64,000 nt of DNA from Convolutriloba macropyga (lineage: Eukaryota). The stretch's first letter is position 1, and every line of letters begins with the position of its first letter. Where the stretch lies: the NCBI RefSeq assembly GCF_964194025.1, contig NC_134476.1, forward strand, positions 28,954,001 through 29,018,000. The letters are read 5' to 3'. The position numbers were made by a program, and so were the translations under genes. Positions 57,961 through 64,000 of this stretch are shown in pieces. The notes beneath the pieces are model-generated. The model saw only the letters and a list, made by a program, of their open reading frames with translations, had not been told where the DNA came from and did not search any database.

Positions 57961-59535
57961 ATGTCCAGAGTGTACGATACCATCGAACCAGCTGTCATTG
58001 ACGATGTCATGTTGACAATGGCAATCAAAGAGCAAGGTCCTAAAAATCAGGCAGGTAAAATAGCTGACCAGGAAGGCATTGAATACAAAGACGTGTTAGC
58101 TCTGAGGCTAGACTTTAGAAATATTCTCCAGATTGAAAACCTCTGGAGTTTTTCGAACCTTGTTAGATTGGCACTAGACAACAATATAATTGAAAGAATT
58201 GACGGATTGGAAACTTTAGTGCATTTGGTTTGGCTTGACTTGTCCTTCAACAATATAGAGACAATTGATGGCTTGAATAGTCTAACTAAACTGCAAGATC
58301 TCACTCTCTGCAGCAACAGAATAACAAAAATAGAAAACCTAGATGCCCTAGAAGAGCTGCAAGTTTTATCCCTTGGATGCAATTTCCTCTCTGAATTAAA
58401 CAATCTGGTATATTTGCGACAATTCAAGAACTTGCAGAGCATAAATTTATCACAAAATCCTTTCTGCCAAAAAGAGGACTATAAAGCGTTCACTATTGCC
58501 TACCTACCAAATCTGGTCTATCTTGATTTTCGGATGATTGATCCTGAATCACGTGCAGCAGCGAAAGAAAAGTATTTCATGGATCTAGGCCAGCTTGAGG
58601 AAGAAGAAGTAATTGTCCAGAGGAAAAAATCCGAGGAAAAGAAGCAAGTTGAGGCATTGGAGTTACACACATTGGCCTACGTGGAGCATTTAGATGGAAA
58701 CGCGCTTTATCTCGAAATGTATGACGAAGACTCAGATGGCAAAAAGTTGAACAAACTTCCGAGCATGGAAGAAGACATTCTGCCTGTTTTTGAAGAAAAA
58801 TTCTCTGACGTGTGCATGAAAATTTTTGAGTACGGAATGGAAGCTGCTGAAGTGAGGAACTCCGAAGTGGACACGTTTTTCACTTGTGTTGAAGACGCCA
58901 AATCAGCTAACAGAGCAAAATCTGCAGATGCCGTGGAACAGTTCACGAACTACAAGATGGACGTTTTCGCTAAAATATCTAGTACGAAGGAACAAGCCTA
59001 CGTGGACTCTCTGTTGACTAAATTTAACGAAGAGCGTCAGAATTTGTGGGATACACTAATGACACTCGAGTTGCAACTGGTGGATCAATTAGAAGATACA
59101 ATCAAAGAGTTCGAAAGGAACTTAGCAGAACTGGTATCTGGGTTTCTGGAAAAGATTCAAGCGAGGTTCGTTCAATTGCGTGATCTGGAAAACACGCATA
59201 GCGAGAAGCTGTTGGAAATTTCAATCAACATGTTGGAAAAAATCTTGAAGAGCGAAGTTGACGCTGATCAAATAACAGACGACCTACGAGAACTCTTCGT
59301 GGACAAAGACAGCGTAACGAATGCCGTCAGTGCTTCGCATGATCGGCATTTGTACGTTATTGATGCTCGCGAGGATCGGATCGTGAGTCGGATCAATGGT
59401 TGGATGACCAACTTGATTGATCAGATCCACGCCAAGGAGGAAATCGAGAGGAACCGAAACCGAGTGGTGGAAATCAACCATCTGTGCGACAATCTCAGAG
59501 AAGAAATGGACAGCATGGATATGGCGGCTGTTTGA
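57961..59535 (+). CDS. DRC3: Dynein regulatory complex subunit 3 (LRRC48); LRRs + coiled coil, single coding exon
   Basis: MSRVYDTIEPAVID..., LRLDFRNILQIENLW.F, LALDNNIIERIDGL, WLDLSFNNI, LPNLVYLDFR, LMTLELQLVDQLE, HD.HL..ID.RED, RNRNRV.EI. Confidence 0.93.
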   Translation: MSRVYDTIEPAVIDDVMLTMAIKEQGPKNQAGKIADQEGIEYKDVLALRLDFRNILQIENLWSFSNLVRLALDNNIIERIDGLETLVHLVWLDLSFNNIETIDGLNSLTKLQDLTLCSNRITKIENLDALEELQVLSLGCNFLSELNNLVYLRQFKNLQSINLSQNPFCQKEDYKAFTIAYLPNLVYLDFRMIDPESRAAAKEKYFMDLGQLEEEEVIVQRKKSEEKKQVEALELHTLAYVEHLDGNALYLEMYDEDSDGKKLNKLPSMEEDILPVFEEKFSDVCMKIFEYGMEAAEVRNSEVDTFFTCVEDAKSANRAKSADAVEQFTNYKMDVFAKISSTKEQAYVDSLLTKFNEERQNLWDTLMTLELQLVDQLEDTIKEFERNLAELVSGFLEKIQARFVQLRDLENTHSEKLLEISINMLEKILKSEVDADQITDDLRELFVDKDSVTNAVSASHDRHLYVIDAREDRIVSRINGWMTNLIDQIHAKEEIERNRNRVVEINHLCDNLREEMDSMDMAAV

Positions 59536-60309
59536 AACTTCCAAAAAATTTCCGTATTTCCGTTTAATAAACCTGGTACCTGTTTCCTCCTGTGACAATT
59601 TAAAAAATAATTAGAATTATGCAAGCAATCTAATGCGTGTTCTGGTTCTGATAATGATTTATGAGGTTCGGAAAAAGGGGTGGAAACAGTTTCAAAACCT
59701 GAACTAACAAATGTGAAATCAACTGCTCTTATGTGTTGGATCTGTTGAGGCAAATGCAGCGTTTGTCAACGTTGCATTTGATGTGAATGTTCTGACATTG
59801 GTATATAATAAGGATCCAATTCATAATAAAAATGGCGATGACGACGCTCATTGAATTTGATTTAGGTTTAGCTGTGCTATGAAAACATGGCTCTTTTGAT
59901 CACGTTGCTGTTTATGTTCACAGGAAACAATTTCTGGATTTGATATGTGACAATGAGTTATTTAATGCGATCAGCAATTGATGCGAGGTACCCGAAATAA
60001 AAAGCAGCGTGAATATTGGCCCTATTGAAATAGCTTCATTAATTCATCTTTGATGTCAATTTGGATCCACATTGCCACAAAAGTGTTCTAGAATGAAATC
60101 GAAGGGCTATCATGAAATATACATATCATCTTTCCTTATTAGTTGAACATTAACCATTTAGATAACTTGAGTTTTTTTCAAATGCCTTTTTGGTTTTTGG
60201 ATACAGGCAAGAATACAAAAAATTATAAAATTCGGAATACTCAAATAAAAATCCCTGGAAGTGAAATATTGAAATCATCTGCATTAGCTAGTTTTCTGCT
60301 GCCAGACTG

Positions 60310-60811
60310 CCCGGGTCGAGGTTTGGTCAAAAAATAATGTAAGATTAGCGGTGAACAGCGGTGAAGAAAACTTTTTTTTTCACCGCATAGCGCCCGCATT
60401 TTTTAGCGGTGAATTTTTATAAGATTTGGGATTTTAGCGGTGAAATTTTTATTTTCACCGCATTCACAGGATTTTTTACAAAAAGAAACTGACGTACTCG
60501 GGTTTGAACCTCTCACCTCCTGCATGTGAACAATCTCTAATTCCACTGCTCCCTCTGTCACTAAGTTCAACGATATTTCCTGTGAATTTGACATAAGCTT
60601 TGAATTTAGTGGTGCATTTTTGTAAGATTTGCAATTTTAGCGCTCAAAAAATTTTTTCACCGTTACCAGCAGAATACGGCGAAAAAAATTCCGCTTAAAA
60701 GTTTTTTTCACCGCATTCATTGCATTGAGCGCAAATCTTACTTTTTATTCAAATTCAACGCAAATCTTACGTCTTTTAGCTACTTTTAGAGCAGTGACAA
60801 CTCGAACCGGG
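60310..60811. mobile_element. ~500-bp TIR element related to 33418-34548
   Basis: Ends CCCGGGTCGAG and CTCGAACCGGG; inner inverted blocks GTAAGATT.GCG...GCGGTGAA / TTCACCGC...CGCAAATCTTAC. Confidence 0.6.
60491..60561 (-). pseudogene. Degenerate tRNA-derived sequence (Val-CAC-like or SINE head)
   Basis: A-box-like GGAGCAGTGG, loop TTCACAT, B-box GGTTCAAACC; stems pair poorly. Confidence 0.5.
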
Positions 60812-63800
60812 TGTCAGATGCTGTTTTTTTTCGGGCTGGGCAAACCTGCCTCAGGAGAGCTGTAAATTTGAACACTTCGTTGTCGTTACTGTTGTAGCTG
60901 GTGATTAAACTGTGGTTCAGATCTCAGTAGAGCAAGGTTGGGTAAAGTGAGGGGGTATCAGGGGGCTATGTGGACCAAGAAGGAAAGGGCAAACAACGTG
61001 GATTTTCTGGCAGTAGGTCTCGCCGGACTTTCTGTTAGGCCTTCTGGTTAAAGGTTGATCTGCTCAACCTTCCGAAATTAAGTGGCGGTGGTGGTGCGAC
61101 AACCGGACGTCAGAGAGTCCTGCTAATCGCCTTTTTTATCGCCTTGTAAGCGACATCAATATTGGTGGTATCCAGAAAAAAACATGTTATTTTAGTTCCT
61201 TTTAAGACATGTCCGTGTTATCCTTTGTCCACTGTTGTTGTTTATTGGCAGCAGTTGAGAAGTTTGTTAAGATTTGGTTGAGCAATCTTTTAATATCAGA
61301 GAATCAACCGTTTTTCAAGTTTTTAATATCAACAGAAACAGTAATTAAGCGTAGGTTTACTCATGGTTTGCCCAAATATAAAACATAGATAGTGTTTAGT
61401 AATGTAATTGTAACAAGAGGGCTCGTGCTAGTCTGTGTTGTAACAGAATTTCAATGTCCAATTTCTAGCATTGTCAAAAACGTTCTTTTTGGCATCAGAG
61501 AAATTATTATTTTTTGTCTTAGAATTATCTTAGAACAACTAGAACATGCTTCTTTTGGAGATTTTGGAAGTTCCGTGCACTTTTGAAACAAATTAATGAA
61601 AAAATTAAACGACGGAAATTTTCAGAAGTCTTTAAAACAAGAGTTGTTCCACACTGTCGTTTTATATAATTTTTTAATGTTTACTTTTTTATTTGGATTC
61701 ACACTTTTTTTCAACTTGTTTTTTCACTCCTAAGAGAGTGCAAAAAAATTAACAAAACGTGTTTGATAAAAACTCAGTTATTCAGAAAAATGATTTTCTA
61801 ATCCTTTTTTTCCTCCCAAAATATGCGCCTCTTTTCGGATTTGACTTTTTCTAATTCCTTTCATTTGCAAAAATCATTTCCGGTTATGTGTTTTCAATTA
61901 CAAAAATTGCTCACTGCATTGGAGTAAGAACTCACCTAAACTTTAATTTTAAAATGAATTTTTCGGCTGCTTCCCGATTGCTTTTTACGGCATTTTTTTT
62001 TCAATCCATATTGTTTTCCTGTTGACCAATTTCCCTTCACTTGGAATACATCGTAGTAGTAACGTCAAAAGTTTTTCCCTTAACTTATTTAATTTGTTTT
62101 TTAGTAGCTAAAAGAAAGGAGTAATTCTGTTGCTTTTATTGAGTGGTGACTTTTGAAAAACTAAGTCGTGAAAAAATCTGCAACAGGTGGTAAAACAAAC
62201 TGATTTTTCAAAAGTGGAAGTCGTCTCCAGAGCTAAGCACCTCAAGGTTTGTAACTATTAAATTGAAAAAAATCGACTGCAAGGGCCCACTTCGATTTTA
62301 AAATTAATTGCTTGTTTCCAGAATGTAGTCTTTGATCTTTGAGATATATTGCTGCTTCTTTGTATCTATGTTTCTCGTTATTGACCAAGACAACCAGGTT
62401 CTGAAAATTATCTCATAGAGAAAAGCGAAGTTTCAAGACAAGAATCTTGAATTTGAAAAAAAAAATATTGCAACTATAGTCAGTATTAGGGCGATTTTTT
62501 TTCTTTCAAACTGAAAGTCTAGCTGAGAAGCTCCATTGCATTTTTCCATGCCTGGCAAGCAATGTGTTTACATTGTCAAGAGTTTTTATTTTGGAATCGG
62601 ATATCTGTAAAAAGCTGAAACCGTTGGATTGAATTGATATCTTTTGGTAAAAGTTTAAGTCTCAATTTTGATGTTGGAAGTTTACTCGCCTCGGGTTGCA
62701 TTGTTTGTTGCTTCCTCCGATTTTACTATGAAATTATAGGTCAAAATTTGCGACTGGCAATTACCAAAGTCACGAATATTTTTTAATTGCTGATAAATTT
62801 TATGTTTTTGAGCTACAAAAAACAGTAAGGATAAATATTTTCGGTAAGACGCCGTTGCTAATAGTGGCCTGTTTAAAGCTAGAGAACACAATCATCATCT
62901 TTTCACTACAAAACTATCGGCATTCTCAAATTCAATTTAGTAAAGTTTTTAAGAGTCTTCAAAACTAAAACACATGAAAAATAACTGTCATGTTGAAAAA
63001 TCGGATTGGATATTTTTTCCAAAGGAAACAGCTTTGAAGTGAATTTTCTCTTCCGAGCCCTCATTTCGACATAACTTTGTGACGCTAGTTTATTTGAAAC
63101 CTATATGTTACAGCCAAAGTACATATTTGGAGATTTCTAACTTTACTCTAAATTTTAGATTATATGATTTTTGTAAATTTTCAAAAATTGACTTTTCAAA
63201 GCAAAAAATATTTTCCTTGAAATTCACCTCAGGATATTGCTAATTGTTGAGATGTTTTTTTCATAAAAATGAACGGAATCCTGTATATTGGTACTAAAGT
63301 TTTTCCAACAAATCTTGTACGGTGCTTCTTTTATATATTAGCATCGAGGACCATTTTAAAATAAATTGCATTAACTCATATCTGTATGAGCTGATAGTTT
63401 AATGAGGCTAAAACTGAAGCTCAAAAATGGGTGACAAATCATTGTAAATTTCGGTTAACTCAAGACGCTATTACAAAAGGAACCCAAAATCAATTGATGA
63501 ATATTGTTAAGTACACTAATATCTGTCATTACGTTGCAAATATCGGATTTGTCGAGTAAATTTACTCGATTTTGTCACTATTTTTCACGACCCTCTTTTA
63601 AGCCTAATTATATGCTCAAAATTTTGGACATGGGTTACGTTCATCCGTGAATGCTAGTGACGTAATCCACGTTTTTCTGTCACTTATGTCCACGATTTTA
63701 GTAACTAATTTTCATCATAAAATAAAATTGCTCAAAATGAAAAATGGTGACGAGTTGCAACGAAACGCCAATTTTCTTCAAAACCGCAATCAGGTCATTT

Positions 63801-64000
63801 GCTACGTAATGGTTTATTTAACTCAATGTTTCAATTTACAGCTTTTATACTGGCTATCCAATCAAACATACGATAGGTTAGACCTTTTTATGCGGACGCA
63901 CATTATAGATCCTCCTTTTTGAAAATATTGCAAGACCTCGAAACCTGATTGTGTTGAGCGGAAGTTGCTACAGATACTTGAGCGCCTAACAGACTACTCA

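Noticed and set aside
60491-60561. Functional tRNA-Val
   Set aside because: Acceptor and anticodon stems do not pair properly; kept only as a tRNA-derived remnant.
63552-63569. 18-bp perfect palindrome TCGAGTAAATTTACTCGA
   Set aside because: Isolated, with no boundaries or second copy to support an element or function.

Overview
AT-rich, repeat-rich eukaryotic (animal, probably invertebrate) DNA. Two host genes bracket the window: the 3' end of DNA-PKcs (PRKDC, 1-1293) and DRC3/LRRC48 (57961-59535), both without introns in the visible coding sequence. Most of what lies between is mobile DNA: a decayed BEL/Pao retrotransposon, a Helentron/HINE-like element with nested foldback MITEs, a nearly intact Ty3/Gypsy element (LTRs, PBS, PPT, 5-bp TSD), satellites, a decayed LINE, and a full-length but mutated ~19-kb Polinton/Maverick (34993-53947, TSD TACGTA). 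The Polinton encodes a zinc-finger-pPolB, packaging ATPase, integrase, minor and major capsid proteins, protease and several accessory genes. The most striking observation is that each Polinton terminal inverted repeat carries an outward-facing initiator tRNA-Met gene with a fully paired cloverleaf and a Pol III terminator. The element's central region is also enriched in CArG boxes and encodes a 40-aa stand-alone C2H2 zinc finger. All calls come from motif recognition by eye; no database searches were run.
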